Shown here one piece after another: positions 28,992 through 37,283 of a stretch of DNA of 64,000 bases (its first letter is position 1; each line of letters opens with the position of its first letter). The notes under the pieces are model-generated. The model saw only the letters and a list, made by a program, of their open reading frames with translations. It searched no databases and was not told the origin of the DNA. Location of the stretch: assembly GCA_943358385.1 (NCBI GenBank), contig CALRGX010000005.1:2886-66885 (forward strand), written 5' to 3'. The stretch is from Parcubacteria group bacterium. GTDB lineage: Bacteria > Patescibacteriota > Minisyncoccia > Phycocordibacterales > UBA2100. The translations under genes were made by a program, and so were the position numbers.

Positions 28992-29749
28992 TCGGTATAA
29001 AAGGTGTGGTTTCCAAACTCTCCTACTGCGCGTAGTGCGCGCCACATCCTTTTTGATTTCTCTGACATTCTCGTGTCGGTAGAACCAACATGGCTCCAAT
29101 CGGTGCGCTTGTAGTAGAGCGTACCTTTGGGGAGCTTGAGCATGTGTGCCAAGAGACCGATGGCATCGGCATACTTTTTTCCGTTGATGAGCATATCTAG
29201 TAGTGCGCGCATGTTTTTCCGGTACATTTCAGGAGGTTCTTTTTCCATGAGCTGTACCTCGCGGGTCCATGAGTATTGATTCTTTTGATACACTACGCCG
29301 CAAACTGAATTCGCAAAGCGGCGGTCTTGCGATCGCGCAAGGGTGACCAGTGCGACGGCAAGTTGGCCACGGTCGGGCTCTCCACGTGCCTCGTGGTAGA
29401 TATTTTTTATGAGACAGGAAATGTCGTCGTCGGATACCTTATCGCCTCCAGAAATCTCTATATCGGGCGAGACTACATCCTGAATGAGACTTTTTAATCG
29501 GGCTTTCTCCGCCGCGGTTGGTTCAGAAGTGGTTAGTGGTACGGCGGGTGCCTGTTGAGCAAAGGCGCTTGCTGGTGCGATGCCCGCCAGCGTTGCCGCA
29601 AGTGCCATCTGGCGAGCGGTGCGTTGCAGTTCAACTCCATCAAGTGACGCTCTCTCGGGTGGTTGCGCGGCATTTTGATCATGGCTAAACCGATCAACTA
29701 ACTGTGCAATGGTCTCCCGTTTCTTTGCCTTGCCCCTGCGTTCGCTCAT
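28988..29749 (-). CDS. Cell-wall hydrolase, SleB/CwlJ (Hydrolase_2) family
   Basis: IYHEARGEP...AVALVTLAR...SVCGVVYQKNQYSW matches the family core. Confidence 0.65.
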   Translation of the reverse strand: MSERRGKAKKRETIAQLVDRFSHDQNAAQPPERASLDGVELQRTARQMALAATLAGIAPASAFAQQAPAVPLTTSEPTAAEKARLKSLIQDVVSPDIEISGGDKVSDDDISCLIKNIYHEARGEPDRGQLAVALVTLARSQDRRFANSVCGVVYQKNQYSWTREVQLMEKEPPEMYRKNMRALLDMLINGKKYADAIGLLAHMLKLPKGTLYYKRTDWSHVGSTDTRMSEKSKRMWRALRAVGEFGNHTFYTD

Positions 29750-29822
29750 GCTCGTATTCTAGCAAGCAAACATAGGTACTGTGTAGGAAAGGCCCGCATG
29801 CGCAGCATGCGGGCCCCACTCT

Positions 29823-30311
29823 CTACATCCACCCTGCCATCACGACCGCTGCTTCGCGTTCATTGAGTAATGTGCGTCGCACTTCCCAAACACGCTGCGA
29901 ACGGATTCCTTGCGAGGGGAAGCGTGCCTCCAGAATGAAGCGGCTGCAGAGCTCTTGGGCAGCAGCTTCGGCGCTCATGGCCTCACGCAGCGGCACCGCT
30001 TGGTTGTGCGGTGCGGTAAGCAGCACTCGCACTGATGCGCTGTGTCCAGTGACGGGCATCCAGTGGGTGAATGCGCTGAAACGCGGCCCCATGGCATCTT
30101 TGAGTGCCTCCATGGTGGCGAGGCAATCTTCGACCGGTATGGAGCGCACGCGCATTGAGGCGGGGAGTTCGCTGAAAAGCATGGCAATCTCCGTGATGCT
30201 TTGACTGCCGCGACGATAGCACAGAGCTTTGCGAAAATACATCCTTTTGCATGTGGAGGTTACCCAGGTATGATGTGCCCATGGCAAGCCTCTATACACA
30301 TCGTGCATCAA
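29823..30311 (-). CDS. Hypothetical protein (start uncertain)
   Basis: This is an ORF with no recognisable domain. It may start at the internal MYFRKA, which would avoid overlap with htpX. Confidence 0.3.
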   Translation of the reverse strand: MMHDVYRGLPWAHHTWVTSTCKRMYFRKALCYRRGSQSITEIAMLFSELPASMRVRSIPVEDCLATMEALKDAMGPRFSAFTHWMPVTGHSASVRVLLTAPHNQAVPLREAMSAEAAAQELCSRFILEARFPSQGIRSQRVWEVRRTLLNEREAAVVMAGWM

Positions 30312-31177
30312 ATGTCAGGAAGACGTGGGCGCTGATGAGCGTGTTTTTTGTGGCGGTTATTGGTATTGGGTGGGTGCTTTCAGAAGTGTATGGAAATCCT
30401 GGCATGCTCTATACGGCCGCCTTGTTTTCAATCGGCATGAATATTTCGGCTTTTTGGTTTTCCGACAAAGTGGCGATAGCTGCAGCACGTGCAAAACCCG
30501 CAGACGGGCCAGAGTACCTCGAGCTGAATCGTATTGTGGAGAATCTCGCCATCACTGCGGGGCTCCCTAAGCCGCGTGTGTATGTGATGGACGAACCTGC
30601 GCCAAATGCATTTGCCACCGGGCGCGATGCGAAACACGCGGCAATTGCGGTGACCACCGGCTTGATGCGCACACTCGACAAAGCAGAGTTGGAAGGCGTA
30701 ATTGCACATGAGCTTTCGCACATCGGGAATCGCGACATTTTGGTAATGACGGTTGCGGTGGTGTTGGTGGGCTTCCTCTCCATTATTGGGGACATGTTTT
30801 TCCGCATGAGCGTTTTTGGAGGGAATCGTGATAGTGATAGTAAAAACGGTGGGCTCCTAGCAATTCTTGCAGTTGTGGCGCTGGTGATTGCACCAATTGC
30901 GGCCCAGTTGATGCAGTTGGCGATTTCACGCAAGCGCGAGTTTCTGGCGGATGCTTCAGGTGCGCTTCTCACGCGCTACCCTGATGGCCTCGCGTCTGCA
31001 CTTCAAAAGATCGGCTCCTACAGCGCGCCGATGTCGAGTGCGAGCTCGGCCACAGCACATTTGTACATTTCGAATCCTTTTGGTAAAGAACAGGCCGGAA
31101 GATTTGTCGCGAAATTGTTTGCCACACATCCGCCCATGGAAGAACGCATAGCGGCACTCAACGACATGCGCCTGTAA
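30281..31177 (+). CDS. htpX: Protease HtpX (M48 family)
   Basis: HELSHIGNRD is the HExxH motif, with 4 TM segments and the start MASLYTHR. Confidence 0.8.
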   Translation: MASLYTHRASNVRKTWALMSVFFVAVIGIGWVLSEVYGNPGMLYTAALFSIGMNISAFWFSDKVAIAAARAKPADGPEYLELNRIVENLAITAGLPKPRVYVMDEPAPNAFATGRDAKHAAIAVTTGLMRTLDKAELEGVIAHELSHIGNRDILVMTVAVVLVGFLSIIGDMFFRMSVFGGNRDSDSKNGGLLAILAVVALVIAPIAAQLMQLAISRKREFLADASGALLTRYPDGLASALQKIGSYSAPMSSASSATAHLYISNPFGKEQAGRFVAKLFATHPPMEERIAALNDMRL

Positions 31178-31188
31178 AAGCGCCTAGT

Positions 31189-31767
31189 ATGAAAGAAAGC
31201 ATACCCAACCTACTCACTATTTTCCGTGTGCTGCTCACTTTGGTGGCGATTGCGCTCGTGCCTTTCTCGCCCATTCATTTCTATGAATGGCTTCTGGTGA
31301 TATTCATACTGGCCGCTGCGACGGACAATCTGGATGGCTACCTAGCACGACGTTGGCGTGTAGAATCTGATTTTGGAAAAATCTTTGACCCACTTGCTGA
31401 TAAGGTGCTGACGTTTATTTTCCTCGTGATCCTTTACAGCACAGGCACCATTCCTGCGGTCATCATCCTCCTGCTCATTGTGCGCGATTTGGTGGTGGAT
31501 AGCGTACGCGCTGTTGGTGCAGCACAAGGGAAGGTGGTGCAGGCAATCATGACGGCAAAAATTAAAACCGTGCTGCTGTTTGTGTTGATTATCGCCGCTC
31601 TCAGCTCACTCACCCTCGGTGCAGGCAATGCCGTGCAGCCGTTGGTTATGCCGCTTGCCATCGCCGCGCTCCTATTTTCGTATGTCAGCGCTGCACAGTA
31701 TGGTGTCGTTTTTTGGCAGCACTACAGAATCGTGAAAAGCAGCGAAAAGAAATCATCAGCCCAGTAG
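31189..31767 (+). CDS. pgsA: CDP-diacylglycerol--glycerol-3-phosphate 3-phosphatidyltransferase
   Basis: NLLTIFRVLL...DNLDGYLARRW...GKIFDPLADK matches the CDP-alcohol phosphatidyltransferase motif. Confidence 0.75.
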   Translation: MKESIPNLLTIFRVLLTLVAIALVPFSPIHFYEWLLVIFILAAATDNLDGYLARRWRVESDFGKIFDPLADKVLTFIFLVILYSTGTIPAVIILLLIVRDLVVDSVRAVGAAQGKVVQAIMTAKIKTVLLFVLIIAALSSLTLGAGNAVQPLVMPLAIAALLFSYVSAAQYGVVFWQHYRIVKSSEKKSSAQ

Positions 31768-32210
31768 GAGAGGGTGATGATGAGGCGGTCGCGTGGGCTC
31801 ACCAGGCGGTCCTTCAGGAGGAATGCTCGGCCGCCGATGTTGCGAGCGAACAAACCGTCGGTAAAAAATTTGTCGCCAATCACGAGGAACTGCGTGTGCT
31901 CGTCGTGCGGGATGGCGGCGAGGATGCGGGCGCTTGGCTTTCTGCGCGGCGATTCAACAAGCGGGATGCCCAACTCTTGGGCGAATCTGCGCGCGCGAGT
32001 CCGGTCGCGCGTGTTGGTGACCAAGAGTACACGGGTGAGGCTCACCAGCTGCTGCGCGCAGGCACGCGCGTGGGTGTCCATGTCATCATCACCATCTGCT
32101 GCAAGCACGCCGTCTACATCAAGCAGTACGAGGTGCTCTTTGTGGACAGCGGCGAGAATTTCTTCCCACGTCTTTCGTTCAACATGTAATTTCTTTCGGG
32201 GGGTATGCAT
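31722..32210 (-). CDS. HAD-superfamily phosphatase (YqeG/IIIA-like)
   Basis: LVLLDVDGVL matches HAD motif I, with LLVTN and FFTDG downstream. The gene overlaps the pgsA 3' end by 46 bp. Confidence 0.5.
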   Translation of the reverse strand: MHTPRKKLHVERKTWEEILAAVHKEHLVLLDVDGVLAADGDDDMDTHARACAQQLVSLTRVLLVTNTRDRTRARRFAQELGIPLVESPRRKPSARILAAIPHDEHTQFLVIGDKFFTDGLFARNIGGRAFLLKDRLVSPRDRLIITLSYWADDFFSLLFTIL

Positions 32211-32213
32211 AAG

Positions 32214-32960
32214 CTACGCAATTTCAAGCAATAGTGGGAAGTGATCGGATCCATGGAGCCCGAGCCGCTTTTGCTTGAGTACGGTGAGATGCAGTGGCAC
32301 TAGGATGTAATCGAGCTGATTCGGAACCTTCCAAAAAGTGATGGTGCGACGGAAGGGATTTTTGAGCTGGTACAAATCGAGGAGCGCATGGAGAATGTTG
32401 CGCTCGTGAATCTGGATTTCGTGCAGCTTGTAGCCAAAATATTTCCATACGAATAAATTGAGAAAGGGTTTACCAAAGGTATTAAAGTCGCCGCAGATGA
32501 TGTTCATCCGCTCGCGGCTGAGGCTCTCGACCACTTCACGAAATTGGGAGAGGCGGTGGTAGGGGCCAGCTTCACACTTGAAGTGCGTGTTGAAAATGCG
32601 AAATTTTCCCTGCGGTGCATCTACTTCAACAAACTGAGAATCTGCCTTGTAGTCGGCATAGGTGGTATCGAAGCCAGAGACATGCTCGTAGTGATACTGG
32701 TGGGGGACTATCTTCTGACTCACGATGGGAAATTTTGATGCAATCACCATGTACAGTTTTTCAGTGGCTTTTTTGGGATTGCGGAAGCGCATAATCTCCT
32801 CGTTGAGTGTGATGTGCATGCCGAGCTTTTCAAGCAGTGGTGCGTGTCGTTGGGGGAGTTCTTGGAGGCAGATAATATCCGCATCTTGTTCCTTCAGAAA
32901 ATCAATCGCCTCCGGGATGCGTTTGTTCTTGTTGTACATGTTCCAGGTGATGATTTTCAT
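32214..32960 (-). CDS. Endonuclease/exonuclease/phosphatase (EEP) family protein, Xth-like
   Basis: MKIITWNMYN...DADIICLQEL. The start is trimmed to this Met because the longer ORF would run through the ssrA gene. Confidence 0.65.
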   Translation of the reverse strand: MKIITWNMYNKNKRIPEAIDFLKEQDADIICLQELPQRHAPLLEKLGMHITLNEEIMRFRNPKKATEKLYMVIASKFPIVSQKIVPHQYHYEHVSGFDTTYADYKADSQFVEVDAPQGKFRIFNTHFKCEAGPYHRLSQFREVVESLSRERMNIICGDFNTFGKPFLNLFVWKYFGYKLHEIQIHERNILHALLDLYQLKNPFRRTITFWKVPNQLDYILVPLHLTVLKQKRLGLHGSDHFPLLLEIA

Positions 32961-33009
32961 GGTCGTGCCTACTATACCACTCTCCCTGGGTAGGTGTTTA
33001 CGCTGAATA

Positions 33010-33038
33010 TTGACGTGGAACGTACTTGAAAGTATAGT
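33010..33038 (+). promoter_or_regulatory. Strong sigma70-like promoter driving ssrA
   Basis: TTGACG (33010-15), a 17-bp spacer, then TATAGT (33033-38). Confidence 0.6.
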
Positions 33039-33044
33039 CCAAAA

Positions 33045-33107
33045 CGGTGTTAGGTGCGGTGTAACTAAGTGGATCGGACCCGGGGGCGGTACCCGGCGCC
33101 TCCACCA
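33045..33107 (+). ncRNA. ssrA: tmRNA acceptor (3') piece of a circularly permuted ssrA
   Basis: A T-arm-like hairpin CCGGG-ggcggta-CCCGG is followed by CGCCTCC-ACCA. This is the 3' acceptor strand, discriminator and CCA, and it lies upstream of the 5' GGGGGCG strand. Confidence 0.55.
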
Positions 33108-33149
33108 AAAACACATCGCTCTGTTCTTTACAGAAGGTGTGCTTTTGCT

Positions 33150-33340
33150 GGGGGCGAAATAGGATCGACGACCACCCAAAAGCTCCGCTGCTTCAACGCA
33201 AGCCGAAGCACCAACTCAAGTGCCAACCATCAGGACGGCGCTGTTCACGCCTAAGGGCTGAACGGGGTTCGGGGAGTACCTGGCAACAGAAACTCCCCAC
33301 TCATACCATGGGCCCGCTCAAAGAGAGCGGGCCCAACTCA
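33150..33340 (+). ncRNA. ssrA: tmRNA coding (5') piece of permuted ssrA
   Basis: It begins GGGGGCGAAATAGGATCGACG, which resembles the tmRNA 5' end GGGGcugauucuGGAUUCGACG. Its GGGGGCG is complementary to the upstream CGCCTCC. It contains a short reading frame ending TAA (a candidate tag ...ANHQDGAVHA) and a terminal hairpin GGGCCCGCTC-aaagag-AGCGGGCCC. Confidence 0.55.
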
Positions 33341-33420
33341 TATCTGAGTGAATTTGACACTAGTATTTTACGGTGGTACTATATAAAAGGTACAGTAGGA
33401 AACCAAAGGAGAACAGACGA

Positions 33421-34080
33421 ATGGCCAAGCATCTCAAGAGTTCGGCAACGAACATGCGCCATTCCGACACGATCAACGCCCACACCCTGTGGGCATTCAT
33501 GAACCCCGAGTACGCAGAGGACGATATCCGTGTCGAGCGCAAGCTCGAGGCATTGGAAGATGAACTGCGCGAAACATGGGAGCCGTACGAAACTTCGCAG
33601 CCGACCCACGGTTACAACGGGCATGACCCGTTCACTGAGGCAGGTGAATTCGCACGATTCCCCAAGTCCGGCATCTATTTCCGGGACATGGAGCGGATGG
33701 ATTATGACTACAGCGGATCGGACGACGAGTTCCAAGACGAAGCTGACTACGAGCCTCAGCATCACTTTTATGACGGGTCAGTGTACGAAGACTACACCCG
33801 ATCGTCGCGGCAGGCCGACATCGACGACTGGTACGACGACTATCCGCAGTACGAATTCCCGGACTACGAGTGGGAAGCGTACGAGGCGTCACTCGTCTGC
33901 GAGCCTGATCCCACGGAGTCCGAGTACCTGGAGGACCGATACTCACTCCCGTACACGCAATCCTTGCGGATGGCGGTGCGCGAACGAGTGAATGGCGACA
34001 TGGAGAGCTGCCGGTGGAATGGGCCGTATTCGCGTGGCAAACGCTGCAAGCCTTCGCACCGGCCGCGCGCTGGCCGCTGA
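33421..34080 (+). CDS. Highly acidic Tyr/Asp/Glu-rich hypothetical protein
   Basis: AAAGGAG-N9-ATG precedes the start. Low-complexity acidic segments include DYDYSGSDDEFQDEADYEPQHHFYDG and DDWYDDYPQYEFPDYEWEAYEA. A terminator follows. Confidence 0.55.
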   Translation: MAKHLKSSATNMRHSDTINAHTLWAFMNPEYAEDDIRVERKLEALEDELRETWEPYETSQPTHGYNGHDPFTEAGEFARFPKSGIYFRDMERMDYDYSGSDDEFQDEADYEPQHHFYDGSVYEDYTRSSRQADIDDWYDDYPQYEFPDYEWEAYEASLVCEPDPTESEYLEDRYSLPYTQSLRMAVRERVNGDMESCRWNGPYSRGKRCKPSHRPRAGR

Positions 34081-34110
34081 CAGTCGTCCTTGTTCGAGAT
34101 ACTAAAACAC

Positions 34111-34144
34111 ACAGCCGGAGCATTCGCTCCGGCTGTACTTTTTC
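34111..34144 (+). terminator. Rho-independent terminator
   Basis: ACAGCCGGAGC-attc-GCTCCGGCTGT is followed by ACTTTTTTC. Confidence 0.7.
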
Positions 34145-34165
34145 TATTCGTATTCGCTAAGATGT

Positions 34166-34747
34166 CTATCCGCGCATCGCTTTCAGGCCGCGTGTCCATT
34201 TAAGGAGCTGTTGAATCATGACACCTGCTTTCTCTTCATACTTTGCAAATAGTTCAGCGGGCGTGCCTTTGCCAAACAGCACAGGGAAGTAGTCGTTCCC
34301 CAAGAGGTGAACTGCCTCGCGCACCGGTGCCATTTGCAATTCGATGGCAACCAAGCGCAGGTGCTCGACGGCGCGTGCTCCGCCTACTGATCCGTAGGCG
34401 ACGAATGCTACTGGCTTGTCGTTCCATTCCTGGTACACCCAGTCCATCGCATTTTTGAGCACACCTGAAGTAGAGTGATTGTACTCGGGAGTTACGATGA
34501 CGTAGCCATCTGCCTCTGCAATCTTCTTGGTGAATCGCGCTACAGCCTCGTGAGTATAGGGCGCGGTTTTAAATGCTGGGCTCACCGGCTCATTGAAAAG
34601 CGGCATGTCGTAGTCGCGTAAATCAAGCATTTCTGCAACGACACCTTCTTGCTTTGCGAGGTGTTCGGCAACCCAGGCGGCTGCCTTATCACCAAACCTT
34701 CCTTCACGCGTGCTGCCAATAATCACTTTTATGTTGAGTGGTGCCAT
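34166..34747 (-). CDS. NAD(P)H-dependent FMN reductase (flavodoxin-like)
   Basis: MAPLNIKVIIGSTREGRFGDKAA matches the NADPH-dependent FMN reductase N-terminal motif. Confidence 0.65.
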   Translation of the reverse strand: MAPLNIKVIIGSTREGRFGDKAAAWVAEHLAKQEGVVAEMLDLRDYDMPLFNEPVSPAFKTAPYTHEAVARFTKKIAEADGYVIVTPEYNHSTSGVLKNAMDWVYQEWNDKPVAFVAYGSVGGARAVEHLRLVAIELQMAPVREAVHLLGNDYFPVLFGKGTPAELFAKYEEKAGVMIQQLLKWTRGLKAMRG

Positions 34748-34787
34748 ACATATGTTGAAAAGAGTAATACCTCTAGCGTAGCGTGCC

Positions 34788-34846
34788 ACTTTACAAAGTA
34801 AAGTGAATACAACGCTGCACGACAACTACTTTACATTGTAAAGTAG
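34788..34846. promoter_or_regulatory. Two perfect palindromes sharing the half-site ACTTTAC in the divergent FMN-reductase/hxlR intergenic region
   Basis: CACTTTAC-aaa-GTAAAGTG at 34788-34806 and CTACTTTACA-t-TGTAAAGTAG at 34826-34846. Confidence 0.5.
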
Positions 34847-34854
34847 CGATTCGT

Positions 34855-35166
34855 TTGCTATGCTCCTCGTATATGGCGGAGAGCCCCAAAGAAGTGTGCC
34901 CCATCACCAAAGTAGCCGAGCTCCTCTCGGATACCTGGACGATGCTTATTATGCGAGCCCTCACTGAAGGGTCCAAGCGATTTACCGAGCTAGAGGTATG
35001 GTTGGGTGACATATCCTCACGCACGCTCACTCTGAAGCTGGCCAAGCTGCAAGAGCAAGGCTTGGTAGAAAAAACCCAAGAAGGCACCTACCAGGCCACC
35101 AAAAAAGGGAAGGGCTTGAAAATGATTGAAAAGGCAATGGTGAAGTACAGTAAGGAGTATCTGTAG
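34855..35166 (+). CDS. HxlR-family winged-helix transcriptional regulator
   Basis: CPITKVAELLSDTWTMLIMRAL...RFTELEVWLGDISSRTLTLKLAKLQEQGLV is the HxlR-type HTH. It is divergent from an FMN reductase gene. Confidence 0.65.
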   Translation: MLCSSYMAESPKEVCPITKVAELLSDTWTMLIMRALTEGSKRFTELEVWLGDISSRTLTLKLAKLQEQGLVEKTQEGTYQATKKGKGLKMIEKAMVKYSKEYL

Positions 35167-35196
35167 TTCTTGCCTGTGCACTACGGCAAAGTTGGG

Positions 35197-35202
35197 TATA
35201 AT
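35197..35202 (+). promoter_or_regulatory. -10 box (TATAAT) for tRNA-Ser
   Basis: TATAAT lies 9 nt upstream of tRNA position 1. No clean -35 is present. Confidence 0.4.
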
Positions 35203-35211
35203 CCAACCCAC

Positions 35212-35301
35212 GGAGGGTTCGCATAGTGGTCTAGTGCACGTCCCTGGAAAGGACGAGTCTGGGAAACCGGACCGAGAGTTCGAATCTCTCACCCTCCGCC
35301 A
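35212..35301 (+). tRNA. tRNA-Ser (anticodon GGA), CCA encoded
   Basis: The acceptor GGAGGGT/ACCCTCC is followed by GCCA. The anticodon loop is CTGGAAA, and the long variable arm is GTCTGGGAAACCGGAC. Confidence 0.85.
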
Positions 35302-35322
35302 ACACAATTTAGTCTCGGAGTC

Positions 35323-35357
35323 AACTCACTTGCCTGAGCAAGTGGTGCGACTCACAT
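35323..35357. repeat. Left copy of imperfect direct repeats flanking the AT-rich islet (AACTCACTTGCCT ... GCGACTCACAT), containing palindrome CACTTGC-ctga-GCAAGTG
   Basis: ACTCACTTGCCT and GCGACTCAC recur at 37653-37667 as GCGACTCACTTGCCT. ACTCACAT recurs at 37729-37736. Confidence 0.5.
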
Positions 35358-35371
35358 ACATAAATTGCAAC

Positions 35372-35402
35372 AAAAAAACACGATAATCTCGTGTATTTTT
35401 TG
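35372..35402. terminator. Bidirectional terminator (tRNA-Ser on + and the island operon on -)
   Basis: AAAAAAACACGA-taatc-TCGTGTATTTTTTT. Confidence 0.65.
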
Positions 35403-35417
35403 TTGCAAGAGTAACTC

Positions 35418-35837
35418 TCAATAAGACTTTAGCCACTCATTCATCATTTTAATTTCAACCTCTTGAGCTTTTATTATATTCTCTGCAAAAGTCCTAATTT
35501 CAGGATTTACAGTTTTGTCTTGTAGTAACAATTTGGCCATGTCTACAGCACCTTGATGATGAGGTATCATGCCAGCAATAAATTCTTTTTCTAGAGCTTT
35601 ACCTGTTTTACCTTTCATCATCCCGACCATGTCTGTCATGGTCATATCCATCATACTGTTACCAGTATTCATCATCATTGAACCATCTGGCATTTGATGC
35701 ATATTCTGCATTGTTTTCTGTGCACCAGTTAGATTGTTTATTCGCTCTTTATCTTTCTGTACGATATCTCCGAAGTGAAATACCCATGTAGAGATGAGTG
35801 CTATTGCTAATACGATTGTAGAAATTTTGTAATTCAT
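35418..35837 (-). CDS. DUF305-family protein with Met-rich segment (copper-associated four-helix-bundle family)
   Basis: Signal peptide, the Met-rich run MQNMHQMPDGSMMMNTGNSMMDMTMTDMVGMM, and the DUF305 motif GMIPHHQGAVDMA. Confidence 0.65.
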   Translation of the reverse strand: MNYKISTIVLAIALISTWVFHFGDIVQKDKERINNLTGAQKTMQNMHQMPDGSMMMNTGNSMMDMTMTDMVGMMKGKTGKALEKEFIAGMIPHHQGAVDMAKLLLQDKTVNPEIRTFAENIIKAQEVEIKMMNEWLKSY

Positions 35838-35872
35838 AAATCTGTTTATTAATTAATAATACTTTGGGGACA

Positions 35873-36517
35873 TTACATTGCCATATGCCCCATACTTAAA
35901 GTTGTGATCACCATATAGAGAGCCATAAGTGCCATAAATAGATTCTCGAAAAGAGTTACCTTTGTCATTGGTACAGAGAAAACTGTTCCTAAGCATGCAC
36001 AAGGTATCTCATCTTTGTTTTGAAGTGCTTTCCAGACCCCTATAGTACCTATAGACATAATAATAAAGGTAAACACGTCTCTGTATATTCCACCAATGAC
36101 AAAGAAGTACAGTACTCCAAGCCCTATTTCAATAAATGGATACAGAAGTGCGTATGTGCGAGACTTCTTTGCCAAGATATCATACGTCATGTAAGCGTCT
36201 GCAAAAGCACTCAAATTGGGTAGTTTAAATAATCCAAAAACAAGAAAGAAATAGGACATCATGTACATCATTCCTGTCATAAAGCTATAATCTTGTTTGA
36301 GATACATAGAGACAATAGTCAAAATTGTAATGACTCCGATCATAGCTATTAATGGTAATAGTTTTTGGAAAGTTGATTGATGTGGAAGATTCAAGACTTT
36401 TATTGATTGTTCGGTTTTGTGGTGTTCACAAAAGTAATGAGGACTACCATTTGTGTTCTCATAATAGGTGCCAGCCATACTACACTTCTCACATTTGTTG
36501 TATTTTATTGCATGCAT
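35873..36517 (-). CDS. MauE/DoxX-family redox-associated membrane protein with N-terminal zinc-ribbon-like domain
   Basis: The N-terminus CEKC...FCEHH is followed by a 4-TM domain with LYPFIEIGLGVLYFFV and IPCACLGTVFSVPMTKVTLFEN. It is a paralogue of the C-domain of 7788..8507. Confidence 0.6.
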   Translation of the reverse strand: MHAIKYNKCEKCSMAGTYYENTNGSPHYFCEHHKTEQSIKVLNLPHQSTFQKLLPLIAMIGVITILTIVSMYLKQDYSFMTGMMYMMSYFFLVFGLFKLPNLSAFADAYMTYDILAKKSRTYALLYPFIEIGLGVLYFFVIGGIYRDVFTFIIMSIGTIGVWKALQNKDEIPCACLGTVFSVPMTKVTLFENLFMALMALYMVITTLSMGHMAM

Positions 36518-36522
36518 ACAAT

Positions 36523-36888
36523 TTAATGTTGAACGCTTTCACTTCCATGATGATCTTCACCAAGTAGTGTGTTATCCATAACATAATGAGAAAACAACAT
36601 AAAAAGTATTGCTAAAATTACCACAACTGCAAGATTTCTCTTTTCTATTTTGAATCTGTCTTTCAAGAAAAATGTTACATAGGTGATAATCATTCCAAGG
36701 CCAAGAAGTATTCCAGCGTATGACGGATTATCAAGATAATGCTGTATACCACCTGACAAAAATCCAGTTGCAAACGAAAGTCCTGTGATTATAAGAAAAT
36801 AATTTAGGTTGATTTTTTGCCCATGTTCTTTTGCTTCTTTAATATTTCCTATAATAGTGAAGATTAGACCTATACCAATTAGAACCAC
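36523..36888 (-). CDS. Small integral membrane protein, His-rich C-terminus; start may lie upstream (non-ATG)
   Basis: It has 3-4 hydrophobic helices and a C-terminus EDHHGSESVQH. The in-frame hydrophobic sequence continues upstream to 36993 without an ATG. Confidence 0.45.
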   Translation of the reverse strand: MVLIGIGLIFTIIGNIKEAKEHGQKINLNYFLIITGLSFATGFLSGGIQHYLDNPSYAGILLGLGMIITYVTFFLKDRFKIEKRNLAVVVILAILFMLFSHYVMDNTLLGEDHHGSESVQH

Positions 36889-37008
36889 ATATCTAGTAAC
36901 TCCATTTTGGAGTGTTCCGATATGAACTACTGACCCTGCGATAAGGGCAACTCCTAAATATTTGCAATATAAGTAAAAAATGCATAATGTGATTTATTTA
37001 TATCCATA

Positions 37009-37281
37009 CTATTTCCTCTTTAGCTTATAGACTTTAATAATCTCCTCTTGCATTTCCTTGATTCGACTTTTATTTGTGTCTTTTGTAAGACAGTGGGCAA
37101 GGTGGCTCTGTAGCATCTCATCTTCAAGGGAAGAGATGGCACTTTTTATAGCACTTGTTTGAGTAATGATATCAATACAGTATTTATCTGCTTGAATCAT
37201 CTTTTCAACTCCCTCCAGTTGTCCCATTATGCGTTTAATGCGACTAACTATTTTTTTGTTATCTTTGTGTACTCCGTGCAT
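37009..37281 (-). CDS. csoR: CsoR/RcnR-family metal-sensing transcriptional repressor (copper-sensing CsoR-like)
   Basis: VSRIKRIMGQLEGVEKMIQADKYCIDIITQTSAIKSAISSLEDEMLQSHLAHC carries the DUF156 pattern with conserved Cys...His...Cys ligand positions. Confidence 0.75.
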   Translation of the reverse strand: MHGVHKDNKKIVSRIKRIMGQLEGVEKMIQADKYCIDIITQTSAIKSAISSLEDEMLQSHLAHCLTKDTNKSRIKEMQEEIIKVYKLKRK

Positions 37282-37283
37282 AT

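Noticed and set aside
32961-33179. N-terminal extension of the EEP nuclease ORF (32214..33179)
   Set aside because: The extension would run antisense through the ssrA coding piece and promoter. The conserved EEP N-terminus begins at MKIITWN (32960).
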